A stretch of DNA of 49,201 nt from Xanthobacteraceae bacterium (GTDB lineage: Bacteria; Pseudomonadota; Alphaproteobacteria; Rhizobiales; Xanthobacteraceae), in assembly GCA_049579765.1 (NCBI GenBank), contig JBAUOM010000621.1:1-49201 (forward strand), written 5' to 3'. Below, in pieces: positions 1 to 8,939 of this stretch. Every line of letters starts with the position of its first letter. Positions within the stretch are counted from its first letter, which is position 1. The notes below the pieces were generated by a model. It did not search any database. It was not told the DNA's origin and saw only the letters and a list, made by a program, of their open reading frames with translations. Made by a program: the position numbers and the translations under genes.

Positions 1-35
1 GCGCGCTCCGCTGCCGCAGGCAACACGCTTCGCAG

Positions 36-65
36 TTGCAATTGATTTGGTACCAAGTTTAGCAT
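36..65 (+). promoter_or_regulatory. Candidate sigma70-type promoter (TTGCAA 36-41, 18-nt spacer, TAGCAT 60-65) with a perfect 10-bp palindrome TTGGTACCAA (47-56) in the spacer
   Basis: Hexamers and palindrome read directly from a locally AT-rich patch about 90 nt upstream of the first plus-strand ORF (155). There is no experimental or comparative support. Confidence 0.25.
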
Positions 66-154
66 CATAGGACCTTAAGGCGGGACAGCATTGCCGTGAC
101 GGCGATCCCGCCGCTGGCGCGGCGGAGTACTTTGTCGGGTCGGAGTAGGTTGCT

Positions 155-1138
155 GTGACTGGGCAGGGCATCGGCGCGCGCGTTCTTCGCAAGGAAGACG
201 ATCGCTTGATGCGCGGACGCGGCCAATTTGTCGCGGATCTGCGCTTTGCCGGGATGCAGGATGCTGCGTTCGTGCGCAGTCCGCTCGCGCATGGCCGCAT
301 CCGAAGCATCGGCGTCCCGCCCGAGCATAAAGCGAGGGTCTTTGCGGCGGCCGATCTCGATGGCATGAAGCCGATCCGCGCCGTTTCCGGATTGCGCGGC
401 TTCAAGGTTTCCGACCAGCCGCCGCTTGCCGCCGGCAAGGTCCGTTATGTCGGCGAACTCGTGGCCATGTGCGTCGCGCCGAACCGTGCGCAGGCCGAAG
501 ATATTGCCGCGACCGTCAGTCTCGATATCGAGGAATTGCCCGCCGTGTACGACATGCTGGCGACACGCGAGCCCGGCTCTGCGCTGCTGCACGAGCATTG
601 GGGCGACAACGTCATCCTTGAGAGCTTGATCGACGTGAATTTCGAGAAGGCGCTGAACGCGCCGATCAAGGTCACGCGCGAGATCCGCACCGCGCGGCAA
701 TGCATGGCGCCGATCGAAGGTCGCGGCGTGGTGGCGATCTGGGACAGCCGGTTTGAGCAGCTCACGATTTGTTCGGCGTGCCAGATGCCGCACATCGTGC
801 GCACCGGGCTTGCCGGCTGTCTTAGGTTGGATGAAGGTCAGGTGCGGGTGGTCGCGCCGGATGCCGGCGGCGGCTTCGGCTACAAGGGCATCTTGCTGGC
901 CGAAGAAGTCTGCCTCGGCTGGCTCGCCATGCGCTGTGGCCATCCGGTGCGCTGGATCGAGGATCGGCGCGAGCAGCGGCAAGGCGACCGCCGCGCCCTC
1001 GGCCGAATTCGACGCCGGTGGTTTGCTCCTCAGCGCCCTCGCTGGGTGCATCAGGGCCTTTCTGCGCCGGCTGCTTTGGCGGCCACCCCAATAACCGCGA
1101 GACGCACTCTTCCCCGTTTCCAGGAGGCCGAAACATGA
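155..1138 (+). pseudogene. Truncated xanthine dehydrogenase/CoxL-family molybdopterin-binding large subunit (N-terminal ~270 residues only)
   Basis: GTG-start ORF. Its first ~272 codons align by eye with the N-terminus of the intact 783-aa large subunit at 9772-12123 (VLRKEDDR, KVRYVGELVA, RAQAEDIA, IKVTREIRTAR, QMPHIV, GGGFGYKG, PVRW.ED). After about nt 970 similarity is lost and the ORF ends in Arg/Ala/Pro-rich sequence. Full-length family members are about 780 aa. No adjacent FAD or 2Fe-2S subunit genes. Confidence 0.7.
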
Positions 1139-2397
1139 CCGACGCCCGCGAGAAAATCCTCCATACCGTCGACGTCAATCGAGACAAGGCGATCAAGTTC
1201 CTCCAGGACATCGTTGCGATCCCGAGTGTCACCGGCGACGAAGGCAAGATCCAGGTGTTCCTGTCGGACTACCTCAGGAAGCTCGGCCTCAACGTCGATA
1301 TGTGGGAATCCGATTGGGAAGCGCTCAAGAAGCATCCCGGCTATATCCCGGTCGATCGCGGCTATGAGGGCCGTCCGAACATCGTCGCCACCTGGAAAGG
1401 CACCGGTGGCGGCCGCTCGCTGCTTTTGAACGGCCACACCGATGTCATCCCGGTTGGCAATGGCGAAGGCTGGAGCGACAATCCGTGGTCGGCCAAGGTC
1501 AAGGACGGCCGCATCTATGGCCGTGGCTCCTGCGACATGAAGAGCGGTGTCGCCAGCCACATCATCGCGGTCGAGCTGCTGAAATCCGCCGGCATCAGCC
1601 TCAAGGGCGACGTGATGATCGATATCGTCATCGACGAGGAGATCAGCGGCCACGGCACGCTCGACACCGTGATCCGCGGCTACAAGGCCGATGCCGGCAT
1701 TTCGGGCGAAACCAGCGGCCTTGCCGTGCAGCCGGCCTGCATTGGCCGCATCTGGTTCGAGATCGGAATCCAGGGCAAGCCGGCCGGTATCCAGCGCCGA
1801 TATCAGGGCGTCAGCGGCATCGAGCTCGGCTACAAGATCACCAAGGCCGTCGAGGCGCTCGAGACTAAACGCATCGCCACCGTCAAGCACCCGCTTTATC
1901 CCAAGGTGATCGACGCGCTGCCCTGCATGATCGGCGCCTTCCACTCCGGCAATTTCCCGAGCTCTTTCCCCGCGACGTGCCTGCTCAAGGGCAGCATGGC
2001 GACCGTGCCAGGCGAGGATCACGAGGGCGTCAAGCGCAGCCTAGTCGAGCACATCGCCAAAGTGGCCGCGGAAGATCCCTGGATGAAGGATCATCCGCCG
2101 AAGGTGCGGTTCGTCGGCTACGACGCGCAAGCTTCTGAAATCCCCCTCAATCATCCAATAGTCCAGACGGTCAGCAAGAATTACACCGAGGTCAGCGGAC
2201 GCCAACCCGAGATCAGCGGACGGCAGGGCGCGGCGGATACGCGCTTTCTCAATCTGTACGGCCACACGCCAACCGTCATCTTCGGGCCCGGTTCGACGGC
2301 TGTGATGCACTCCGACGACGAATACGTATCGATCGACGACTACCTCACTGCGATCAAGGTGATGGCGCTGAGCATCTACGATTGGTGCGGAGCGTAG
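1135..2397 (+). CDS. M20 family metallopeptidase/deacylase (ArgE/DapE/CPG2-like)
   Basis: Internal ATG at 1135 of the 1018..2397 ORF, preceded by AGGAGG (1122-1127). Motifs GHTDVIP, GRGSCDMKSG and IDEE are typical of M20 dimetal deacylases. The N-terminal extension in the ORF track is low-complexity. Confidence 0.85.
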   Translation: MTDAREKILHTVDVNRDKAIKFLQDIVAIPSVTGDEGKIQVFLSDYLRKLGLNVDMWESDWEALKKHPGYIPVDRGYEGRPNIVATWKGTGGGRSLLLNGHTDVIPVGNGEGWSDNPWSAKVKDGRIYGRGSCDMKSGVASHIIAVELLKSAGISLKGDVMIDIVIDEEISGHGTLDTVIRGYKADAGISGETSGLAVQPACIGRIWFEIGIQGKPAGIQRRYQGVSGIELGYKITKAVEALETKRIATVKHPLYPKVIDALPCMIGAFHSGNFPSSFPATCLLKGSMATVPGEDHEGVKRSLVEHIAKVAAEDPWMKDHPPKVRFVGYDAQASEIPLNHPIVQTVSKNYTEVSGRQPEISGRQGAADTRFLNLYGHTPTVIFGPGSTAVMHSDDEYVSIDDYLTAIKVMALSIYDWCGA

Positions 2398-2462
2398 AGC
2401 GGCATCCGATCTGATTGAACGCTTTGCCGCTCTTCCGCTGTCACCGCCCGCGAAAGCGTGCG

Positions 2463-2498
2463 ATCCAGTAATCACCAGATTTTCAGTAATTACTGGAT
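2463..2498. promoter_or_regulatory. AT-rich inverted repeat ATCCAGTAAT (2463-2472) / ATTACTGGAT (2489-2498) containing the 12-bp perfect palindrome CAGTAATTACTG (2484-2495). Candidate operator or hairpin.
   Basis: Read directly. Three copies of the half-site CAGTAAT occur (two direct, one inverted) in a GC-rich intergenic region 66 nt after the M20 stop. No T-tract follows, so it is not a classical terminator. Confidence 0.3.
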
Positions 2499-2763
2499 GT
2501 TAGGCTTTCGCGGGGCATGACAACGGCGGGCTCCAAAGCGTGATGCGATTTTGTCTGAACGGATTTCGCAAGGCGACAACGCGCCGCGCGTTCGGCCCAC
2601 AAGCAACGATCCGACAGGTTCCACTTTGCGGACGGGTGGCGCCCTGAAAATGGGCGGCACCCGTCTTCAATTTGCGTGTCGAAACGGCAGCGCCGCTGTT
2701 GCCCTGCCGCGGGGGCCGTCTTATCATTTTTCTAACATTAGGCTCAGTTGGGGACGAGTGCCG

Positions 2764-3111
2764 ATGGCGCGCGCAGGTAACGTCGACAAACAAAGTCTGC
2801 GCGGCTTCCTGCAAATGGTCGAGGCGGATTATCCCGACGAGATCCTGCGCATCAGCGGTGAGGTCGATCCGCGGCTTGAGATGACCGCGGTCGCGTTCGA
2901 GCTCGAGCGCGCCGGCAAAAACCGCGTCATCATCCTTGAACAGCCTAAGGGCTTCAAAATACCCGTCATCATGAACGTCGCGGCAAACCGTCGGCTGCTT
3001 GCGGCTTGCCTCGGCGTCGGGCCGAACAATCTTCCGACCGCATTTCACGAGCGAGGCTGCTGGCGTGAAAATGTGACGTATCTGGGCATGCTGCTTGCAT
3101 GGAGACAATGA
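2764..3111 (+). pseudogene. UbiD-family decarboxylase N-terminal fragment (~100 of ~490 residues)
   Basis: From ATG 2764 the ORF reads SLRGFLQMVEADYPDEILRISGEVDPRLEMTAVAFELERAGKNRVIILEQPKGFKIPVIMNVAANRRLLAACLGVG. This matches the conserved UbiD N-terminus pattern (DLR.FL..LE..G.L..I..EVDP.LEI.AI...G.A.LF.N.KG...PV..N). Similarity ends near nt 3050 in all three frames, and the ORF stops 24 nt before the TAXI gene. Confidence 0.5.
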
Positions 3112-3134
3112 CTGCATAACAGCTGGAGGATAAT

Positions 3135-4127
3135 ATGAGGCACGTGATTTCGGTGGCATTGGCGGTCGGCGCGATGTGCCTGGCCGCGGTTCCGGCATCG
3201 GCGCAGAAAAAAGTCGAGCTTCGGTTTGGCACTGTAGGGATCGGGTCGTCGTGGTACAACTACGGCGCTGGGATGGCGGAACTTGTAAAAGCCAAGCTTC
3301 CCGCCGGGTCGTCGATTGACGTGCTGCCGCGGGCTGGTGGCATAGGCAATCTGAAACTCGTCGACTCCGGAGAGATGGAGCTCGGCATTTCATTTTCCGT
3401 GTCGACCGCCGAGGCGTGCGGTGGCTTCGGCACGTTCAAGAGCAAATTGAACAATGTGCGCGCTGTGATGGGGGGCCTCGACACCTATTATTTCGGCACT
3501 TTCGTCACCAAGAAATCGGGTGTTACGTCTTGGAATGACATCGTCGCCGCGAAAAACAGATTTCACCTGATGACGACCAAGGCGGGTGGCACCGGCGAGC
3601 AGGCCGTGCGCCAGGTGATTGCGCTACTTGGATCGAGCAAGGAAGAGATCGCGAAAAGGGGCGGATTAATCGAGGCGACCGAACGCTCGGCAACGGCTGA
3701 GACAATCCGCGACGGTCAGGCCGACGGCTGGGCGCATGTCGTGACCAAGGGCCATCCCGCCGCCACTCAGATCGTCACCATCAACGATATGATCATGCTG
3801 CCGCTGCCGGATGCGGTCATCAGAGGCATGGTCGAGAAAAACGGCTGGAGCCCGGCGACGCTTCCGGCCAACACCTTCAAGGGACAGGCCGAGCCGGTGA
3901 AGACGGTACGAACCGCCTCGAATATCGTCGCTGCCGCTTCGGTACCGGACGATGTCGTCTATACGTTCACCAAGACGATCATGGAGAACGTCGACAAGCT
4001 GCCGAAAATCCATTCGGCGCTCAGCGACTTCAATCCGAAGGAGGCGGCGGACTCCGGCCTGAACGGTAATTGCCCGCTGCATCCCGGCGCGGCGAAGTAC
4101 TACCGCGAGGTTGGACTGATCAAATAG
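3135..4127 (+). CDS. TAXI-family TRAP transporter solute-binding protein
   Basis: Signal peptide (MCLAAVPASA-QKK). GGAGGA lies upstream of the ATG. The overall sequence and the C-terminal HPGAAKYYREVG motif are typical of TAXI (TIGR02122-type) receptors. Confidence 0.9.
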   Translation: MRHVISVALAVGAMCLAAVPASAQKKVELRFGTVGIGSSWYNYGAGMAELVKAKLPAGSSIDVLPRAGGIGNLKLVDSGEMELGISFSVSTAEACGGFGTFKSKLNNVRAVMGGLDTYYFGTFVTKKSGVTSWNDIVAAKNRFHLMTTKAGGTGEQAVRQVIALLGSSKEEIAKRGGLIEATERSATAETIRDGQADGWAHVVTKGHPAATQIVTINDMIMLPLPDAVIRGMVEKNGWSPATLPANTFKGQAEPVKTVRTASNIVAAASVPDDVVYTFTKTIMENVDKLPKIHSALSDFNPKEAADSGLNGNCPLHPGAAKYYREVGLIK

Positions 4128-4151
4128 CGCTCGAGATCTGCGAGTGCGGTC

Positions 4152-6074
4152 ATGAAAGCCGGACAGGTCAGCTTCATGCGAGTACCTGCATCGGCAACGC
4201 AGTTGGCCTTGGGCGGCATCGCCCTTGGCCTGACCGTGGTCGAGTTCATGCCGCTGGCCCTGGGCCGCTCGCTTTACGAGATTACCTTTCTGGCGGCGCA
4301 TCTTGGCGCCGCGCTATCGGCAAGCTTCCTCATTTTCGGTCCGATTGTTAAGCGCACGGCCAACGATCCGGTTCCTCTGTTCGATTTCGGCCTCGCGGTG
4401 CTGGCGCTGGTTTGTGCCGGCTATTTCATGCTCCAGGGCGAGCGTATCGCCGAGCGTATCGAAGGCGTCGACGCTGTCTTTGCCGCGGATATCGTATTCG
4501 GACTGATTCTGATCGTGTTGCTGATCGAGAGTTGCCGGCGGGCGACGAGCGCGATCCTGGCTATCATCGCGGTGCTGTTCATCGCCTACATCTTCCTCGG
4601 GCCGTACCTTCCCGATTTCCTCGCACACCGCGGCATGCGGCTCGATCGCTTCATCGATCTGCAGGTGCTATCGACCCAGGCGATCTTCGGCTCGCCGATT
4701 TCGGCCTCCGCCTACATGGTGTTCTATTTCGTGCTGGTCGGTGCCTTTCTGGAACGGTCCGGTGCGGGCAAGCTTTTCGTCGATCTTGCTTTCTGTCTGA
4801 CCGGCCGCGCCTGGGGCGGCACCGCCAAAGCGTCAGTTGTTTCATCGGGCCTGTTCGGCATGATCTCCGGAAGCGCCGTCGCCAACGTTCTGGTCAACGG
4901 CATCATCAGCATTCCGCTGATGAAGCGTACGGGCTTCAGCGCGACGATGGCGGGCGCGATCGAGGCGACAGCCTCGACCGGCGGGCAGCTTGCGCCGCCG
5001 GTGATGGGCGCGGCGGCGTTCATTCTGGCGGACATCGTCGGCATTCCTTACGCGAAGGTTGCCTTCGCCGCGATCATACCGGCGGTGCTTTACTACCTGT
5101 CGATCTACGTCGTGGTCGACAGCTATTCGCGCCGCCGCGGCCTTGCGCCGACCACGGTGCTCCCCGTGAAAGAATCGATCGCCGGACTGCGGGAGCGGTG
5201 GCATCTGCTGCTGCCGCTGCTGCTGATGATTTATCTGCTGATGTCGCAATATTCGCTGATGCTGACCGGCGCCGTCACCGTCGTCGCCATCATCATCGTG
5301 AGCTGGATGCGCGCATCGACCCGCATGACTCTGGCGGGCATCTACGAAGCGATCGTTCAGGGCGCGCGGGCGACCGTTGAAGTCGCAATCCCCTCGGCGA
5401 CGGCCGGCATCATTGTTGGCACGCTGGTGCAAACCGGAATGGCGCTCCATCTGCAACACTGGCTGCTCGATGTCGCGGGCGACAGCCTGTTCCTCTCGCT
5501 GATCGGCACTATGATCCTGACGATCATCTTCGGCATGGGCATGCCAACGGCAGCAGCCTACCTCGTGTCGGCGATCCTAGTCGCACCGGCGCTCCAGGAG
5601 CTAGGTGTTCCGGCGCTTGCCGCCCATATGTTCATCTTCTATTTCGCGATCCTTTCGATGGTCACTCCGCCGGTCGCCTTGGCGGCCTATGCGGCGGCGG
5701 GCTTGAGCGGCGCGAACCTCTGGAGCTCCGGCTGGGCTGCGTTCCTGATCGCCGTCCCGGGATTTCTCATTCCATATGCGTTCATCGCCGACCCGGGGGT
5801 TCTGCTGCAAGGCGATCTCGTGCATGCGGCCGGCGTGATCTCCACGGCGTCACTCGGCGTCATCGCGCTCTCGGCGGCAACCGGCGGCTATTTGCTCGGA
5901 CCACTGTCGATGACGGCGCGCGTGCTCTTGTTCTGTTTCGCGCCCTTGCTGATCGATCCGCGGATCTCAACCGATCTAATCGGCGGCGCGGGATTGATCG
6001 CGGTTTTCGCCTATCAGTACTGGCGATACCGGCTCGCCAAACCGTCAGCAGTGCAAAAGCCTCTAACAGGATAA
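4152..6074 (+). CDS. TRAP transporter fused permease (TAXI-type, small+large membrane component fusion)
   Basis: 640-aa highly hydrophobic polytopic protein immediately downstream of the TAXI receptor. Size and composition are typical of fused DctQM-like permeases. Confidence 0.9.
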   Translation: MKAGQVSFMRVPASATQLALGGIALGLTVVEFMPLALGRSLYEITFLAAHLGAALSASFLIFGPIVKRTANDPVPLFDFGLAVLALVCAGYFMLQGERIAERIEGVDAVFAADIVFGLILIVLLIESCRRATSAILAIIAVLFIAYIFLGPYLPDFLAHRGMRLDRFIDLQVLSTQAIFGSPISASAYMVFYFVLVGAFLERSGAGKLFVDLAFCLTGRAWGGTAKASVVSSGLFGMISGSAVANVLVNGIISIPLMKRTGFSATMAGAIEATASTGGQLAPPVMGAAAFILADIVGIPYAKVAFAAIIPAVLYYLSIYVVVDSYSRRRGLAPTTVLPVKESIAGLRERWHLLLPLLLMIYLLMSQYSLMLTGAVTVVAIIIVSWMRASTRMTLAGIYEAIVQGARATVEVAIPSATAGIIVGTLVQTGMALHLQHWLLDVAGDSLFLSLIGTMILTIIFGMGMPTAAAYLVSAILVAPALQELGVPALAAHMFIFYFAILSMVTPPVALAAYAAAGLSGANLWSSGWAAFLIAVPGFLIPYAFIADPGVLLQGDLVHAAGVISTASLGVIALSAATGGYLLGPLSMTARVLLFCFAPLLIDPRISTDLIGGAGLIAVFAYQYWRYRLAKPSAVQKPLTG

Positions 6075-6077
6075 GTC

Positions 6078-7562
6078 ATGCGAACCCTGATCAGAGCAAG
6101 CTGGATCGTCGGCCATGAAGCCGGCCGCCATCGTCTGATGAAGGATGGCGTCGTCGTCTACGAAGGCAACAAGATCATCCATGTCGGCAAGACCTTCGAT
6201 GGGCACACCGATGCGACGATCGACGCCACCGACAAGCTTGTCGCGCCCGGTTTCATCGACACGCACGTCCATTCCGGCCACCGCGCCTCGCATCGGCTCA
6301 TCACCGATACCGGCAGGCCGATGTATTACGGCCAGCCTTTCCTGGAAATCAGCGTCCCGAAGGAAGGCAAGGTGGTCAAAGGCGATCCGCGCTACCTCAA
6401 GCACGGCGACGCCGGATCGCAGGCCGCATTCGAACTCAATGCAACGTTCACGGTCGCAGAATTGCTGCGCAATGGTGTGACGACTTTCATTGAATTCGGC
6501 AGCCAGGAGCGCGTTCAGGACGCGCTGCTCGCCGAGGTCACGAGGCTCGGAACACGCGCCTATCTGGCTCCCGGCTATGACTGCGGCCGCTGGGTCGGCG
6601 ACGAAAAAGGCCGGCTCAAACGGGTTCACAACGATGAACTGGGACTGAGCGGGCTCGCGACCGCGCTAAAATGGATCGAACGGCACGACGGTGCGGCCGA
6701 AGGCCGCGTTCGCGGCATTCTGGTGCCACGGGAGGTTGAGACATCGAGCGCCGAGCTCCTCCGCCGCACGCGCGAGGAGGCAGATGCGCGCAAACTGCCG
6801 ATGGCGACACACGCCGCCTATAGCGTGCTCGAATTTCACGACATCGTGCGCGAGCACATGATGACGCCGATCGAGTTGCTCGACGATCTCGGCATGTTGC
6901 GGCCGACCATGAATATCGGCCATGGCAATTTCATCGCCGACAATTCGAACCTCAATTACTCCTCGGGACGCGATCTGGAGCTGATGGGGCGCGCCGGCGT
7001 AACGGTCTCGCATTGCCCGATCAACATCGTGCGGCGCGCCCGTGTGCTCGACAACTGGAAGAAATACCGCGAGGCAGGTGTCAATATCTCGATCGGCTCC
7101 GACACCTATCCGCGCGACATGATCATGAACATGCGCACGGCCTCCTATCTCGGCAAGATCATGAGCCACACGTATTTTGCGGCTGCTGCGGGCGAGGTGT
7201 TCGAGGCTGCGTCTTTGGGCGGCGCCAAATCAGTCGGCCGCGACGACCTTGGGCGGCTCTCGCCCGGCGCGCTCGCTGATATCGTCATCATTGATCTCTC
7301 CGGCCGCAACACCTTGCGCTACGGGCCGGTGCGTGACCCGGTGAAGAGCGTCATTGAGTGCGGCGTTGGCGATGACGTCGACACCGTGATCGTCGACGGC
7401 AAGATCCGGATGGAAAACGGGACCATTCCCGGCGTGGATTTTCGGCGATTGCGAGAGGATGCCCAGGCGGCGGGCGAAACGATTTGGGCGACGCTTCCGG
7501 AATGGGACCCGCTCAGCCGCACCGCCGAGGAAGCCTGTCCCTATTGTTATCCCGCGCTTTGA
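6078..7562 (+). CDS. Amidohydrolase-superfamily protein (chlorohydrolase/aminohydrolase-like)
   Basis: Starts 4 nt after the permease stop. Carries the APGFIDTHVHSG metal-binding motif and downstream His/Asp-containing strands (MATHAA, IGSDT) typical of metal-dependent amidohydrolases. Substrate unknown. Confidence 0.85.
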   Translation: MRTLIRASWIVGHEAGRHRLMKDGVVVYEGNKIIHVGKTFDGHTDATIDATDKLVAPGFIDTHVHSGHRASHRLITDTGRPMYYGQPFLEISVPKEGKVVKGDPRYLKHGDAGSQAAFELNATFTVAELLRNGVTTFIEFGSQERVQDALLAEVTRLGTRAYLAPGYDCGRWVGDEKGRLKRVHNDELGLSGLATALKWIERHDGAAEGRVRGILVPREVETSSAELLRRTREEADARKLPMATHAAYSVLEFHDIVREHMMTPIELLDDLGMLRPTMNIGHGNFIADNSNLNYSSGRDLELMGRAGVTVSHCPINIVRRARVLDNWKKYREAGVNISIGSDTYPRDMIMNMRTASYLGKIMSHTYFAAAAGEVFEAASLGGAKSVGRDDLGRLSPGALADIVIIDLSGRNTLRYGPVRDPVKSVIECGVGDDVDTVIVDGKIRMENGTIPGVDFRRLREDAQAAGETIWATLPEWDPLSRTAEEACPYCYPAL

Positions 7563-7721
7563 GGGTGGTGTTGACAGGGTTACTCATGAATCCGAAGATT
7601 TATGATGAACCGCATAAAGCGGACGCAGTCGCGAACACGCAACCCTCGCCTTGTCCTGTACAGCGGCCGACTGGCCCAAGCTCAATCGGCCGCAATCAAT
7701 CCGTCGAAGGTTGCCCAAAGT

Positions 7722-8939
7722 TCATCGTTTGAATCGTCGGCCAACGCCGCCAAGCAATCGGGCGAGCGCATTCCTCGTGCGGGCGACGATGACACCGCCG
7801 AGCAGGCGACCTGCTGCGATCGGCACCCCCGTATCATCCGGCGCATCGGGCAATCCCGCCAGCCGGCGCTCGAGACGACGCGCAAACATGTCGCTCAACC
7901 GAGCCCCCAAATCATTGATGATCGCACTCCGCCCGAATTGTGCCAGGGGTCCGAGCAACAACGCGCGGGCCTTGATGTCGACCCGCGTCACCGCTCCGGA
8001 TCGCTCTGAGGTCAATGCGTATTCAAGCTCCGCATTTGCCCGTGAGGCGCTGAGGCGATCCCACCCCACGCCGAGGATCATCCCATGCCGCGTTGTGTCG
8101 TCCCGAATGAGACGCGCTTCCCCGTTGAACCGGGCTCCGATCGGACCAAGCCTGATGGCGATCTGGCCCTGCCATCGTTCACCGCGCGAGCCAGTGAGCA
8201 TGGCCCCCGGGATGCAGGGGACGACGCGCTCGACGTCCGCTAGAAACCGCCATACCTCCTGCGGCGGCCGCGCGATCACAAAAGACTGGTGGATTTCCAT
8301 ATTCGGTTTCCTTCCGCCGAGGCCCAAGTCGGCGTCGCCGACTATCCGGTGCGTTTCGTCATCGACTAGGGTGGGAATCGGTACCACGGGCGCACTCGCG
8401 AATCCCTCCGCATGCTGCGATCCAACCGGGCCCAGGCGTCGGCTCTCGCCAGCACCCGTAGCGGCGAGTTTGCCGGACTTACGCTCCTTGAGCACGCGGC
8501 AGATAGCACGCACGATGCCGACATATCCGGTGCACCGGCACAGATTGCCGCTCAACTCCAGACGGATGCGGCGCTCGTCGGCATCAGGCAGCCGTGTGAC
8601 GATGTCGCGCGCCGTGACGAGCATTCCCGGCGTGCAGAACCCGCATTGCAAGCCGTGTTCGTCGGCGAAAGCACGCCGCAATGCGGTCATGACTGGGTCG
8701 CTTTCCAGTCCTTCGATCGTCGTGATGCCGGCGCCTTGGCACATGACGGCGTAGGTGATGCACGACCGTGCCGGCTGGCCGTCGATCAGCAGCGTGCACG
8801 CACCGCACGCTCCCTGCTCGCATCGCAGGTGCGTGCCTGTCAAACAGAGCTTATCGCGCAACAGGTCGGCCAGATGCGTGCGCGGCTCCACGGTCTCGCT
8901 TACACGAGCGCCGTTGACGGTGAGGACAACTAGCATCAT
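7722..8939 (-). CDS. Molybdenum hydroxylase (2Fe-2S) small subunit fused to a CoxG/SRPBCC domain
   Basis: The N-terminal ~160 aa carry both 2Fe-2S motifs (CEQGACGACT; CGFCTPG...CRCTGY). A linker follows, then a ~190-aa CoxG-like domain (MEIHQSFVIARPPQEVWRFLADVERVVPCIPGA...) and a hydrophobic/basic tail. The start overlaps the upstream gene stop. Confidence 0.85.
   Translation of the reverse strand: MMLVVLTVNGARVSETVEPRTHLADLLRDKLCLTGTHLRCEQGACGACTLLIDGQPARSCITYAVMCQGAGITTIEGLESDPVMTALRRAFADEHGLQCGFCTPGMLVTARDIVTRLPDADERRIRLELSGNLCRCTGYVGIVRAICRVLKERKSGKLAATGAGESRRLGPVGSQHAEGFASAPVVPIPTLVDDETHRIVGDADLGLGGRKPNMEIHQSFVIARPPQEVWRFLADVERVVPCIPGAMLTGSRGERWQGQIAIRLGPIGARFNGEARLIRDDTTRHGMILGVGWDRLSASRANAELEYALTSERSGAVTRVDIKARALLLGPLAQFGRSAIINDLGARLSDMFARRLERRLAGLPDAPDDTGVPIAAGRLLGGVIVARTRNALARLLGGVGRRFKR

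Noticed and set aside
65-1051. Many other 200-500-aa ORFs opposite to or overlapping the called genes: 65-1051(-), 7651-8754(+), 18494-19720(-), 20198-21334(-), 25475-26593(-), 26666-27967(-), 33500-34600(-), 39979-41544(+), 43542-44891(-) and 46344-47300(-).
   Set aside because: Each overlaps a gene with clear family motifs on the other strand or frame. Their translations are low-complexity (R/A/G/P/D-rich), they lack RBS-start geometry, and no family resemblance is visible.
7663-7693. Hairpin GCGGCCGA/TCGGCCGC in the convergent gap after the amidohydrolase and CoxS-CoxG genes, as a bidirectional terminator.
   Set aside because: The loop is 15 nt and no U-tract follows on either strand. That is not enough to call an intrinsic terminator.
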